Part shown: positions 25,564-35,819 of the stretch, in pieces | Position numbering within the stretch: position 1 is the stretch's first letter | Layout: every line of letters begins with the position of its first letter | Source of the DNA: a virus | Lineage: Duplodnaviria; Caudoviricetes | Length of the DNA: 53,537 nt | IMG/VR virus record: IMGVR_UViG_3300031699_000001 | Coordinates: 1-53,537 of that record | Strand: one strand, 5' to 3' | Notes under the pieces: model-generated | Seen by the model: the letters and a program-made list of their open reading frames with translations, nothing else | The model's database searches: none | What the model was told of the DNA's origin: nothing | Position numbers and translations under genes: made by a program

Positions 25564-27273
25564 TTATGCTGAAATTTCTATTTTAACGTTAACATAATAA
25601 TCTTGCGCTACAAGTGCAGCTGATACTCCACTATCTTGTACCATCCCTATTCCGTTTGTGGCAGATTGCAGTTTGATATTGTTGGTGTCAATTCCAATCC
25701 ATCCGTAAGAAACATCATTACCGGACGAGCCTAAGGATCCAGAATATACACCCATTATGTTTGCCTCACTCCCATCTGTCGAAACAAGAAAATTATACAA
25801 ACAATCTTTCATAGAAATTCCCATATTGTGGGTTATATTATTATCATCGTTTTTGTTAGTAGTGCCTTCGTTTACATCACATGTTTTGCCATTACCGAAT
25901 GTAATTTGACGACCATCTGTGAATATTCCAGTTCCATCAACACTATAGATTGTTAGAGTTCCAGCATTTCCCGTTGGTGCAGAGTCGGCTAAAACAATAA
26001 AATTATTCAGACTTGTTGCTTCTTGGCCATGCTGTCCTGTCAAGTCGGTACTATCTGACTGATTATCATATACGAAGTTAGAAAATCCTACATGAACATT
26101 AGACCAATCTGATCTATTATACCACCCTGATTCTATATGGCTATAGCAATGTTCTACGTTTAGATATGTCCCATCTGATTTCAGATCTACATAATCACCG
26201 TCTAAATACAAATAGAATTGTGTCAAAACATTTCCTTTATATTTTATATTTCCTACAACTTTTGTTAGTCCATCACCATTATTTTGTACTCTTATTTCTC
26301 TATTAGTTTGTGTATTTATAGCTGTTAATGTGCCAGTAAATAATCCCGTTGTCGCTGAATGAGGGATTAAAACAGTTTCAATAAAATCCGTTGTAGCCGC
26401 TGTATAATCCGTTATAACAGAATAAGTTTTATTTAATTTATTTAATATTCGATAAGTTGTTCCATTGCTGTATAAAATTATCTTACTTTGATTTAGATTT
26501 AATGCAATAGATGCTAACCCCTCAAATGTTTCCGCTCCGTCTGGAGTAAGAGTTAATATCCCTGTCCCGATGTTTTCTAAATAGAAAGTCAATCCTTTTG
26601 CGGATGCCGCTGTTGGCATTGTAATTGCAAAAGTTCCGCTACCTGAAATATATTTATCATATAATTTTACCGTATAAGTAGTTGTAACGGCTTTTACTTT
26701 ATTCCATCTAGGTTCATCATTTGTAAAAGTAAGCGTTGCTCCATCACTTGTAAATGTTGCAAATGCTACTTCATAAGCTGTTGGAGGTGTTGTATCACAT
26801 GAAAAAGTATAAGTTGGTTCTATTTCTGAGTCATACGTTCCTGCTGCAACCGCTCTTTGCCTTGTAGAAGTTGAACTCTGATTATAGCTAAACTTTGCAT
26901 AATTTACATTTACCCCACCCGTATCTGCACTTGCTATAGCTTGATCGGTCGCTAGCGCAATATCTATAATAATAGGTATGTCATGTGCGGTCATTGCAGG
27001 TGGTAGTGCTGTCCAATCAGTAGGCGTTTTAACTTCAAATGAAGCCTTAACCCTTCCCGCTGTCCAACTTAGAGTATGACCTGCACCCTGACTTACTGTC
27101 AACCCACTTATTATAATACTGCTTGTTGTATTTAATAAATCCTGTGATATTTGTCCACTATATTCCCTTTGATTCCAAAAATCTCTTATTAAGTCCTGTC
27201 CATTATATCGATCACCGACGGCTTCCGGCACTTCACTAACATTTAGTATTGGATTGTGGTATCTTGTTTCCAT
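25564..27273 (-). CDS. Tail fibre / receptor-binding protein
   Basis: 569 aa, T/G/S-rich beta structure, TITMPTAASA-type repeats; follows the baseplate wedge genes. Confidence 0.75.
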   Translation of the reverse strand: METRYHNPILNVSEVPEAVGDRYNGQDLIRDFWNQREYSGQISQDLLNTTSSIIISGLTVSQGAGHTLSWTAGRVKASFEVKTPTDWTALPPAMTAHDIPIIIDIALATDQAIASADTGGVNVNYAKFSYNQSSTSTRQRAVAAGTYDSEIEPTYTFSCDTTPPTAYEVAFATFTSDGATLTFTNDEPRWNKVKAVTTTYTVKLYDKYISGSGTFAITMPTAASAKGLTFYLENIGTGILTLTPDGAETFEGLASIALNLNQSKIILYSNGTTYRILNKLNKTYSVITDYTAATTDFIETVLIPHSATTGLFTGTLTAINTQTNREIRVQNNGDGLTKVVGNIKYKGNVLTQFYLYLDGDYVDLKSDGTYLNVEHCYSHIESGWYNRSDWSNVHVGFSNFVYDNQSDSTDLTGQHGQEATSLNNFIVLADSAPTGNAGTLTIYSVDGTGIFTDGRQITFGNGKTCDVNEGTTNKNDDNNITHNMGISMKDCLYNFLVSTDGSEANIMGVYSGSLGSSGNDVSYGWIGIDTNNIKLQSATNGIGMVQDSGVSAALVAQDYYVNVKIEISA

Positions 27274-27283
27274 TCAATTCTCC

Positions 27284-27913
27284 TTATATCGTTCTTAATT
27301 CATAAAATGTCGTACCTACTGTATAACCTAAAACTATTACAATATAAGCAGGTATTATATTTTGTATATTTATTTCAATTAAATCTAAAACGGCTGAAGT
27401 TACGGTTGCACCTAAATCAATATAGATATTGCCTTTGATTTGATATTCAAGCCCCGTGCCTAATAATGCAAGCCCTAAGTTTAGGTCAACCCCGTCAACT
27501 CCCATCGTTCCCCAATAGTAGCCTGACGGAATATTTCCATCACCGCCCATTATCCAGTCATCATTATTTATGTTAGAATATAAAACCGCATTAAGTCCGG
27601 TTACGGCATCTATTCTAATTTTAATGTCTTCTTCCCATAAACTTCTTTTTCTATGGCCTTGTATTGCATTCCAGATTTTTACTCTTTTTTGTCTAGGCGT
27701 ATCGCTTGATAATATCTCGGCTGCAAGTAGAAAGCCTAAATCATCAAGCTGTACATCCGGACATATAACAGGATCATTCCAATAGTTAATTATTAAAAGT
27801 TCATTTTTCCAACTTGCTATATAACTATTTATCTTATCGATAAGAGCCTGACCATCTGTATTTAGATTGTCAATGAGTAATTTAGGCATTAACTTTGTTA
27901 CATCTGGTATCAT
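27284..27913 (-). CDS. Baseplate wedge protein (P2 gpI-like)
   Basis: DP..CP...LDDLG motif and IIPAYI C-terminus; follows the gpJ-like gene. Confidence 0.75.
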   Translation of the reverse strand: MIPDVTKLMPKLLIDNLNTDGQALIDKINSYIASWKNELLIINYWNDPVICPDVQLDDLGFLLAAEILSSDTPRQKRVKIWNAIQGHRKRSLWEEDIKIRIDAVTGLNAVLYSNINNDDWIMGGDGNIPSGYYWGTMGVDGVDLNLGLALLGTGLEYQIKGNIYIDLGATVTSAVLDLIEINIQNIIPAYIVIVLGYTVGTTFYELRTI

Positions 27914-27914
27914 T

Positions 27915-29681
27915 TTATATCTCGCTTAAATTATAAGTTGAGCCGCTATGAGTTAATATCTCATCCGTTGCCTGCGTAACCGGAAAAGCTGGCAATGTAA
28001 TAGTAATATAATCAATTCCATCAACCGCATTTTGGATATAGGAATATGTATCTGATAGCTGTAAACTATCATTAAAATCTCTATATCCTACTCTTTCAAG
28101 TTGTTCTATAATTTGCATTATCTGATTTGATTCTGTATCAAGAAAGGCTGTTGAGAATATTGAGTTTATTAAAGCTATAGCAGTTGCTATCCCAGTGCCA
28201 TTAAATGCGTCAATTATTTCTTTGCCGGTTTCGCTTGTTAGCATTTTCCATGCAACTGTTATATAATCAATAATATTTGCATATAAATAACCATCCGCAA
28301 CCTTTGTTGCTGAGGTTACAATCGTTGTTTTTGGAGTATAAGCGTTAAATCTAACGTCCATACCTGATAATATTGATTTATCAATTAAATCCGTTTGTAT
28401 TGCCGTTCTTAAAGCTGCCCCCGGATTGCCTCCGCCGCTTGCTACACCTAACACTTGACAGGATAAAGCTCCGTATGTATTTCTTTGAACTTGCGCCAAA
28501 CTTATCCCACCATAAGCATATATAAGAGCTTCACCGTCTTCTACGGTTACAAATCTATTTGTTGCTTTTAGTAATAGCGGCCCCTGTATCTTTGCAACCT
28601 CTGTATTTTCTTCATCCGCACCGCCTGTAAAAGTAGTAGCATTGTAAACACCCGTTATATCAGAGTTTCCGCCTGAATATATATTTATTTTATTTATAGT
28701 TGTTACATTTGAGTTTGTTCCCCCACCAACTGCATAAGTAGCGTATACATCATTTGCCGGTGGTATCACTCCATAAGTTCCATTGCCAAACATACAAGCA
28801 GTCGATCCTAAACTCTTGACTACCGCCTTCCAGTCTTTATCCGTTGCAATTGAATTAACAAGAGTTGTTTGTTTTGTATAAGTTGATGCCGCGACTGATA
28901 TTTCTACGGTGTCTAATAATACATTTTTATCAAGAAAATCAAATATTTGAAACTCTGTTGATCCGTCACTTTGGCCTATTATTTGAGTGCCTTTATTCTC
29001 TTGTTGATACATCAATTTTGCAAAAGAATATAAAGTCCAGGTATGAGTCCCAACCCCAGCCCCCGCCGCTGTTAAGTCTATATAAGTTCCTGCAAGTGCG
29101 TTTGCAAGGCTGGTAGCAACCGAGACGGTTGTTGCTGATAACCATACCAGATAATAATCCGTTCCTGTCGATAATCCTGTCGGCAATGTATTTGTAGTTG
29201 TAAATCTTACTTTATGACCGGTATAAACAAAATCCGTTGCAACCGTTAAATAATTATCCGGATTGGCGTGTGTAAAAGTTCCGGTTGTCGATGCTATTGT
29301 TTCGGATGTTCTTGCTTCGAATCGTTTACTTAATACGTTTATATTGCCCTGACTAATTGCTGTCATTTCAGTAGCAAGAAAAGACACCGGAAAAGCTATA
29401 CCCGTATCAAGATAAAATATACAATATCCGCTCGATGTAGCTTGCTGAGTTAATTCATAATCTATAAGTTGTAATTGATCTTTTATAGCTTGTCTGGTAA
29501 ATGCCGTTCTTAATCTGCTATTATTAGCGGAAGCATTCTCCCACATTGATAAAACATCGCCTAAGCCTGCAATCATCCTTTTAAACCACGCGGGCTTATC
29601 TCGAAGGTTTAAATCATTATCTATATCATTAAGAATTGTCGTATACGTGCGACTCGTATATAATATTGGGTTCCCTGTCAT
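27915..29681 (-). CDS. Baseplate wedge protein (gpJ/T4 gp6-like)
   Basis: YTSRTY, LRTAFTR, FGNGTYGVIP, YAVGGG..SN, TGGADEE, RFVTVED. Confidence 0.88.
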   Translation of the reverse strand: MTGNPILYTSRTYTTILNDIDNDLNLRDKPAWFKRMIAGLGDVLSMWENASANNSRLRTAFTRQAIKDQLQLIDYELTQQATSSGYCIFYLDTGIAFPVSFLATEMTAISQGNINVLSKRFEARTSETIASTTGTFTHANPDNYLTVATDFVYTGHKVRFTTTNTLPTGLSTGTDYYLVWLSATTVSVATSLANALAGTYIDLTAAGAGVGTHTWTLYSFAKLMYQQENKGTQIIGQSDGSTEFQIFDFLDKNVLLDTVEISVAASTYTKQTTLVNSIATDKDWKAVVKSLGSTACMFGNGTYGVIPPANDVYATYAVGGGTNSNVTTINKINIYSGGNSDITGVYNATTFTGGADEENTEVAKIQGPLLLKATNRFVTVEDGEALIYAYGGISLAQVQRNTYGALSCQVLGVASGGGNPGAALRTAIQTDLIDKSILSGMDVRFNAYTPKTTIVTSATKVADGYLYANIIDYITVAWKMLTSETGKEIIDAFNGTGIATAIALINSIFSTAFLDTESNQIMQIIEQLERVGYRDFNDSLQLSDTYSYIQNAVDGIDYITITLPAFPVTQATDEILTHSGSTYNLSEI

Positions 29682-29684
29682 TGT

Positions 29685-30080
29685 TTAAACTCCTATCGGC
29701 AAGCTGATACTTGCAATGTTTGTATAATCTTTAAAAAATATATAATAAATTGTTAAGTTCAACACTCCCTTTTCTGCTTCCTGAACTCCAATCATATTTT
29801 GAGACGTCGCAATTCTACGGTCTGGCAATTCGTCTCTTCCGTCTGATATATAACCATTACGAAAAGCTACCCATTTTATTACATACATTCTTGACATTAT
29901 GTAATTGCTTAATGATATTGCCATATTTTCATTTGATGATATTCCTGCGCCTTCCTGTCGAAAATAAAACATTGACCGGTTGTCTTGACAACACCCTTGT
30001 AAAATATCCATTTCGGTTTCGTCAGTTTCATCAATAAGCCCGGTACCATAGTAGAAAAACATATCCCAGTCTATTGTCAT
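29685..30080 (-). CDS. Putative gp25/gpW-like baseplate protein
   Basis: Size and position upstream of gpJ; R.M...EG motif. Confidence 0.55.
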   Translation of the reverse strand: MTIDWDMFFYYGTGLIDETDETEMDILQGCCQDNRSMFYFRQEGAGISSNENMAISLSNYIMSRMYVIKWVAFRNGYISDGRDELPDRRIATSQNMIGVQEAEKGVLNLTIYYIFFKDYTNIASISLPIGV

Positions 30081-31405
30081 AAGCTCCCACCTAAAATACT
30101 ATTCATTTGCTGTAACCATAGTCTATCGCTATCAAAAACATCTTGAATATCATCGATATTCTCTACTGCGTATATTTTATATTTTTCTCTTAATGTTTGA
30201 GTTGTTATATAAAAATCACTTAATTCTGTTGCTGTTGCTAGTTTTATATTATTCAAATCCTGAATAAAGGTTATAATTTCAGGTTTTTTATTATTGTAAT
30301 AATCATTATAGTAATTAAAATAATAACCTTTATCACCAACGTAAGTGGGGAAATCATATACATCTTCTAAAATTATAACCTCCTGCATAGTATTTAAATC
30401 AAGTTTATATAAATTGCTACCTGTTTTTTTATAAAAAAGATATCTATTGTTTATAAACATTTTATAATATGTTTCATAATCTAAAAATTCAGCTTCTACC
30501 ATAGTATTATGATTAAAAATATATGTTTTTCCTGATCGAACATAAAGAATATTATTTGTGTCATAATAAGATACGTCCACCACCAAATAATCAGTTAATT
30601 GAGTTATTGTTAATGTATCAATATTTATTTTATATAGATTCCCAGTAGCTGCCTCCAAAAACGAAACACATCGATTGCCAATTTCACAAGGCCATGCTAC
30701 TGCAAAATTTGTTAATGGTATAGTTGTAAGGGTATCTATATTTATTTTTAATAAATATCCATCAGAATTTCTAACAAAAGCTATTTCGTTGTTAGAAATT
30801 CTACAAGTTCCCTCTGTACCAATTTTATAATTAGTTAACTGAGTTTCATTATCAGCTTCTAAAATTGATTTTATGTTTAAATATCCATTTGAGTTGTCTT
30901 TATAAGCAATAATATTTTTCCCTATAGACGAAATGGCACCTTCGACTTTTTTTGTGGTTAATGGAATTTCTTCATATGGATATAATAAAGACTTTTTATA
31001 TAAGTACCCATCAGGTTTTATGAATACAATTGCATTTTTACCTGTAGTTTCAGAAACTAAATTATTAAAAATAGCATCATTATTAACAATTTTATTTTCA
31101 CAACCCCATAAAAAAAACATAGATATTAATAATAATCTGTAATATGCTTTCATTCTTAATTCCTCTTTTAAAATAGGGTCGCTCTCTGCGTTCATTTGAT
31201 CGATAAGATAATCATAATCAAGACCTTCATCTTCAAATAATTCAGTTGTAAAATTATATTTTGGTTTAATCATTGACTCTAATAAATCATAATCATATTC
31301 AATCCCATTCATGTGCAATGGAGTTGTAATATTGCCGTCTTTATCTCGAGGAACAGTATCTTGAATTATATAACCGTTATCATCAATACAAAAATTTGTA
31401 ATCAT
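30077..31405 (-). CDS. Beta-propeller repeat protein with an internal lipoprotein start
   Basis: Roughly 39-aa repeats (IAFVRNSDGYLLKINIDTLTTIPLT); internal RBS and MKAYYRLLLISMFFLWG-C at codon 85. Confidence 0.7.
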   Translation of the reverse strand: MITNFCIDDNGYIIQDTVPRDKDGNITTPLHMNGIEYDYDLLESMIKPKYNFTTELFEDEGLDYDYLIDQMNAESDPILKEELRMKAYYRLLLISMFFLWGCENKIVNNDAIFNNLVSETTGKNAIVFIKPDGYLYKKSLLYPYEEIPLTTKKVEGAISSIGKNIIAYKDNSNGYLNIKSILEADNETQLTNYKIGTEGTCRISNNEIAFVRNSDGYLLKINIDTLTTIPLTNFAVAWPCEIGNRCVSFLEAATGNLYKINIDTLTITQLTDYLVVDVSYYDTNNILYVRSGKTYIFNHNTMVEAEFLDYETYYKMFINNRYLFYKKTGSNLYKLDLNTMQEVIILEDVYDFPTYVGDKGYYFNYYNDYYNNKKPEIITFIQDLNNIKLATATELSDFYITTQTLREKYKIYAVENIDDIQDVFDSDRLWLQQMNSILGGSL

Positions 31406-32157
31406 TTACCCTTAACCTCCGTACTTAAATTGTTAGTTATAGGGTTCGTTGCTGTCGCTAATCCTGCCGATACAGAAGAAGTAATTGTGCCTGCTCCTGC
31501 TTGCACTCCAACAATATCATGAGTATGCGGTTTTAAAAGATTAAGGAATGTAGTAAAATCTGTATCTAAGCTAGTCCCTAATACAAACGCCTCAGTTCCT
31601 TCATTTAATACAATCCCGCTTGCTTTCATTTCTATTTTATTCCCGTTTGTATCTGTTAATATCATCCCGTTTGAATCCATTACCACTTCATTGCTATTTG
31701 AATCGGTTATAATAATTCCATCTGTATTTATTGTTATATTATTCCCGTCTTCATCATTTATTATAAATTCTTTATCCTCTTCATTATATTTTACATATAT
31801 TCTTTTTTTATTGTCTTCAAATAATATTTGAGTATTTTTATCCTCATAGCTATCAGGAAGCATCCCTTCCATTTCTGTCATTATGCCGGTATAATACGCC
31901 CTTGAAATATCTTTGTTCATAAAAGATATTCTTACATAATCATCTTTTTTTACAGTAGTCAATGATCTCTTGTCATTTGCATAACACCATATTGCGGTAT
32001 CGTCTTTAGTCCATCCTAGTTCTATAACTTGACATTTTACACGGCCTAACTTATCGGGATCATCTGTATCAACAACTTTGCCGGTGTAGTTTCTATAGTA
32101 TACGGATTCTTCAATGATAATTTTTCTAATAAAATCTAATAAACTTTTATTAACCAT
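31402..32157 (-). CDS. Baseplate central spike (gpV/gp5 OB-fold)
   Basis: GKVVDTDDPDKLGRVKC, beta-helix repeats (D.NGN.I.M...GI), HTH metal-binding tip. Confidence 0.9.
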   Translation of the reverse strand: MVNKSLLDFIRKIIIEESVYYRNYTGKVVDTDDPDKLGRVKCQVIELGWTKDDTAIWCYANDKRSLTTVKKDDYVRISFMNKDISRAYYTGIMTEMEGMLPDSYEDKNTQILFEDNKKRIYVKYNEEDKEFIINDEDGNNITINTDGIIITDSNSNEVVMDSNGMILTDTNGNKIEMKASGIVLNEGTEAFVLGTSLDTDFTTFLNLLKPHTHDIVGVQAGAGTITSSVSAGLATATNPITNNLSTEVKGK

Positions 32158-33413
32158 TATGCGTTTACATAACTCCCATAAGCTGTAATAATATCAGCAA
32201 CGCTGATTGTGCATCTATAACCTTCACTATTTAACCTATGTTCTACACTCTTTAAAAATATTTTAAAATCATCTCCGCTTTTTTGAACTGCCGGAGGAAA
32301 GCCATAACCAAATTTACACTCTAAAGGAATACACAAAGTAGGATCACCTATAACCTCAAAACTTCCCGAATACCCTAATCCCTGTGGAGCGGTCTCAACT
32401 TTTTCCGCTGTAAAAAAATCCTTTACTTTTTTATCTTGATATACTTGACTATCAAAACTTGATGCCTGAATAACATTTTTCATTATAATATTAAAATCTT
32501 CACCTCTCTCGGATGCAAACTTTCTTATTTTATCTTCATCAAGTCTTAACGTGGTAATAGTTCCTTGTTGTGCGACCCTTCGAGTAACAACTTGCTTACC
32601 GTTTATAATAGAAATACTTACGTTATCACCCTGTCCGTTTTCCCCGATATGATGTTCTATGTTACCAGATATAATATTTGGATAAGTAGCCCCTATTCCA
32701 TATTCAAATAATTTTGTATTCCCTACGCTTCCGGTTGCTTTTGACATAAACTCAGTAACTTCTTTTGAAGCCGCTAAATTGCTTTGAACAAAACATCCTA
32801 TCAAGTTTCCACTTGGTAAACTGCCTATCATAAAAGTACATTGCCATTCTTTAGATATTCTTAATAAAAACTTATAACCTTTCTCGTATTTAACAAGTCC
32901 GCCCTTTGTTGTTAATTTGTCATTTTGTGTATCGAACTTTATTAAAAAACTTGTTACACCAAGTTTTGAAAGCTCGTTTTGTATTACTGTCCCTTTCGTG
33001 CCTGAATTATAAATAAACATCTCTCTCGTATCATCTGCGGCCTCAGACCCATAAAATCCAACTGTTGTTGTATTTACTCCATTATTACCAAAGTTGTACT
33101 TAGGATTAGAAGCAAATACATTTAGCCCCGTTCTAAAATTAACACCTTGTACTTCTTCCGGATTCTTAATTTTAACTAATATATCATTGATGGTCTGATT
33201 TTTATTCTTATATCCCCATGAACACGTAAACTTATTTCCATCGTTAAATAGTTTAGAGTAATACCATGCAGGGTCGAAAAATGTAATATTTCCATGTAGT
33301 AACTGTCCTATCTCTTCTGTGATAGACAGCTCTATAACGTCGGTTGTAATATCGGTATCGCCGCCAACGGTTACATTGAAAAAACTACTATCAGTATCAA
33401 AAGTCGCATACAT
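32157..33413 (-). CDS. Baseplate hub (gpD/gp27-like)
   Basis: Position; SWGY, FLLRISKE, IGDPTL, VEHRLNSEGYRC. Confidence 0.7.
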   Translation of the reverse strand: MYATFDTDSSFFNVTVGGDTDITTDVIELSITEEIGQLLHGNITFFDPAWYYSKLFNDGNKFTCSWGYKNKNQTINDILVKIKNPEEVQGVNFRTGLNVFASNPKYNFGNNGVNTTTVGFYGSEAADDTREMFIYNSGTKGTVIQNELSKLGVTSFLIKFDTQNDKLTTKGGLVKYEKGYKFLLRISKEWQCTFMIGSLPSGNLIGCFVQSNLAASKEVTEFMSKATGSVGNTKLFEYGIGATYPNIISGNIEHHIGENGQGDNVSISIINGKQVVTRRVAQQGTITTLRLDEDKIRKFASERGEDFNIIMKNVIQASSFDSQVYQDKKVKDFFTAEKVETAPQGLGYSGSFEVIGDPTLCIPLECKFGYGFPPAVQKSGDDFKIFLKSVEHRLNSEGYRCTISVADIITAYGSYVNA

Positions 33414-33691
33414 TAACTTGCCACCGGTACTTTAATCTTTTTGAACTTTTCTAAACTGAAATTATTTTCAGTTATTGCCGTCATATTATGCTCAAATATT
33501 GCATAACTTAAATCTTCCCTTGCTTCACCGTAAACCTCTTGTCTAGTTGCAATTTCATCTAACATCGCATTTTCATCAATTTTTAAATTAACAAGAGTAT
33601 TATAAATCGGTATTTCTCTCATATCTTTTACAACGAATGTTTTGTTATCAATATTTGTAAATTCTATATTATCCACATTTATATATCTCAT
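33413..33691 (-). CDS. LysM-like / tail X baseplate protein
   Basis: MRY...LDEIA....YGE......IFEHN...IKVP. Confidence 0.6.
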   Translation of the reverse strand: MRYINVDNIEFTNIDNKTFVVKDMREIPIYNTLVNLKIDENAMLDEIATRQEVYGEAREDLSYAIFEHNMTAITENNFSLEKFKKIKVPVAS

Positions 33692-33692
33692 G

Positions 33693-34286
33693 TTAAAACG
33701 CCTTCATTCCTGCATTTACTTTTGTTAAGTCAAGAAAGTTTTCTGTTATTCCTGCGATGCTTGCCATTTTCCTATAAACTTCCTCAGCTTTATTTATAGG
33801 GTCTTTTTCATCTAACCATAATTCTATTGACACCTCAGTTAATTGAGGGCTTCCAAGTGAATTATGCCAATATTGCTTATGTACAAAATCACATTTAGCC
33901 ACATACCAGATTAAAGGGATCGCACCAACACCCCAACAATATAATACTTTCGGGTTAGATTGAAATTGTGAAGTACCTTTAAAAACATTAACAAAGTTAA
34001 AACTCTGATTTCTTAGATTTTCAAACTGTGCTAATACCTTTTTATTTCCTTCGATACTATCTCTTTTCAATATTCCTAAAGTAAATGATATTTTTCTATT
34101 ACCCATGCCAGCCGATTGCACCGGTTGATAACTCATTCCGGGTATTGCTATTTCTGCTAATATAACGCTTTTTGAATCGGATATGTCACCTGGAATAAAT
34201 GGAGATGTTATCAATGCCTTATTAGATATGTCAAACATATACCAGGGCAAATCAAATGGAAATTTCGGAGTCTTAAAGTTATACAT
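33693..34286 (-). CDS. Tail tube initiator (contractile-system tube-like)
   Basis: IPGMSYQPVQ, RKISFTL, PKVLYCWG; follows the tape measure. Confidence 0.75.
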   Translation of the reverse strand: MYNFKTPKFPFDLPWYMFDISNKALITSPFIPGDISDSKSVILAEIAIPGMSYQPVQSAGMGNRKISFTLGILKRDSIEGNKKVLAQFENLRNQSFNFVNVFKGTSQFQSNPKVLYCWGVGAIPLIWYVAKCDFVHKQYWHNSLGSPQLTEVSIELWLDEKDPINKAEEVYRKMASIAGITENFLDLTKVNAGMKAF

Positions 34287-35584
34287 TATCTGTTCCCCTG
34301 TAAAACATATTCATCCATTAAACCCATTCTTATTTGTTCCATCATTACTTTAGTTGACTCAATTACTTTCTGTCGTATATTATCCCCACCGGATATATTA
34401 AAATTATTACTAAAGTTTAAATTGATATTAGCACCACCTAATTTTTCCGGATTCTTAGTTGCAATTAAAGTGTCCATAGGGTGTGTTTCAATCACATCAC
34501 CATTAGGTCTAATAATAGCATCATTAACCTTTCTATTTGCTTTATTTTGTTTATACATTTCAATATAATCTTTTGCTGTGTCTTTGCCTGCTTCGAATAG
34601 ACCTTGCCCTAATTGTTTATAAGCGTCTATTTCGCTTTTGATATATTCCGCACCCGCTGTCTTTGAAGCCTCTAAAAAGTCTTTTCCGGACATCTTTCCT
34701 GTTGCAAACTGGACTAAATTACCTAATAAATCCGTAAATAGTTTAATCTTATTTATTACTAAATTAAAAGCTACTCCGATTGTAGTCCCTATAATCTTTC
34801 CTAATCCTTTAAATGCAGGCTCTAATCCTTCTAAAATAGTGCTTATGCCTTCAAGTAATCCTTTAAGTTTTTCCATAGTCCCTAAATTATTAGCTACTTC
34901 TAAAAATCCTTCTACAAATCCCTTTACAAAATTAGCGACTATTTTTACTAACTTTGCAAATATCGTTCCTAACACTTCCATTAAAGGCTGTATCTTAGCT
35001 GTTATAAAAGCTATTACCATTGCAATCTTAAATAAAATCATATTAACTAAATCTGTCAAGTTACCAAATGCCCCTTTATACATATCATTGAGACCTTTTA
35101 AAAAGCTACTAAACAAAGTCTTTATTAAAGTTATTGCAGATTTAATAGTTATAAATATAACCTTAAAAATGTTAGCAAGTATGCTACCCCACGCAATAAA
35201 CAAAGTACGGCTATTTCTAACCCATGCTAAAAACTGATTCAATAACGGGATTAACATTTTACGCAATGGCCATATAAAATTACGCATAAATATTTCACCT
35301 GCAATTTTAAAAGTCATTCCGATTTCTGGTATTGCGCTAACAACCTTTTTAAGCCCTTGAAAAGCTGCAACAAATATACCGCCGATCATTGCAAGTTTTC
35401 CGAACGCTTGCATCATGCCTTTAGCGGTTGCCTTTGCATTCATTTTCATTTCATTACCACGTTTAGTATCTTTCTTTTGCATACTGTCTGAAAACTTATT
35501 AAAAGTTTCAGTCATTTTATCAACTGATTGTTTAAATGAATCTGTATCAAATGTTAAGTCTAAAGGGTCTAATGTATCAGCCAT
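34286..35584 (-). CDS. Tape measure protein (short, 432 aa)
   Basis: Amphipathic helical F/I/G-rich body; C-terminal VNDAIIRPNG...DTLIATKNP; position after the chaperone. Confidence 0.8.
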   Translation of the reverse strand: MADTLDPLDLTFDTDSFKQSVDKMTETFNKFSDSMQKKDTKRGNEMKMNAKATAKGMMQAFGKLAMIGGIFVAAFQGLKKVVSAIPEIGMTFKIAGEIFMRNFIWPLRKMLIPLLNQFLAWVRNSRTLFIAWGSILANIFKVIFITIKSAITLIKTLFSSFLKGLNDMYKGAFGNLTDLVNMILFKIAMVIAFITAKIQPLMEVLGTIFAKLVKIVANFVKGFVEGFLEVANNLGTMEKLKGLLEGISTILEGLEPAFKGLGKIIGTTIGVAFNLVINKIKLFTDLLGNLVQFATGKMSGKDFLEASKTAGAEYIKSEIDAYKQLGQGLFEAGKDTAKDYIEMYKQNKANRKVNDAIIRPNGDVIETHPMDTLIATKNPEKLGGANINLNFSNNFNISGGDNIRQKVIESTKVMMEQIRMGLMDEYVLQGNR

Positions 35585-35819
35585 TTGTCTTTTCCGCTAT
35601 TTCCTTACAGTCTTTTAAAATATAGTTTAAATCTTTTAAACTCATTTTTCTCAAATCCTTATACTTATACGAACTTGTTACCCATCCGATATAAGTTGAA
35701 GTTGTTAATAACAACTCATTATTATAATCAATAAAATAAAGAGCAGGGATAATCCAATCATGCCCTCCAGTCTGCCCGGTTATCGTTCCTCTTTCTACTG
35801 GAGAGCTGAAACGAAAAAA
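35577..35819 (-). CDS. -1 frameshift extension of the tail assembly chaperone
   Basis: T TTT TTC slippery site at 35813-35819; the -1 frame stays open for about 80 codons until it overlaps the tape measure start. Confidence 0.75.
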   Translation of the reverse strand, partial: FFRFSSPVERGTITGQTGGHDWIIPALYFIDYNNELLLTTSTYIGWVTSSYKYKDLRKMSLKDLNYILKDCKEIAEKTNG

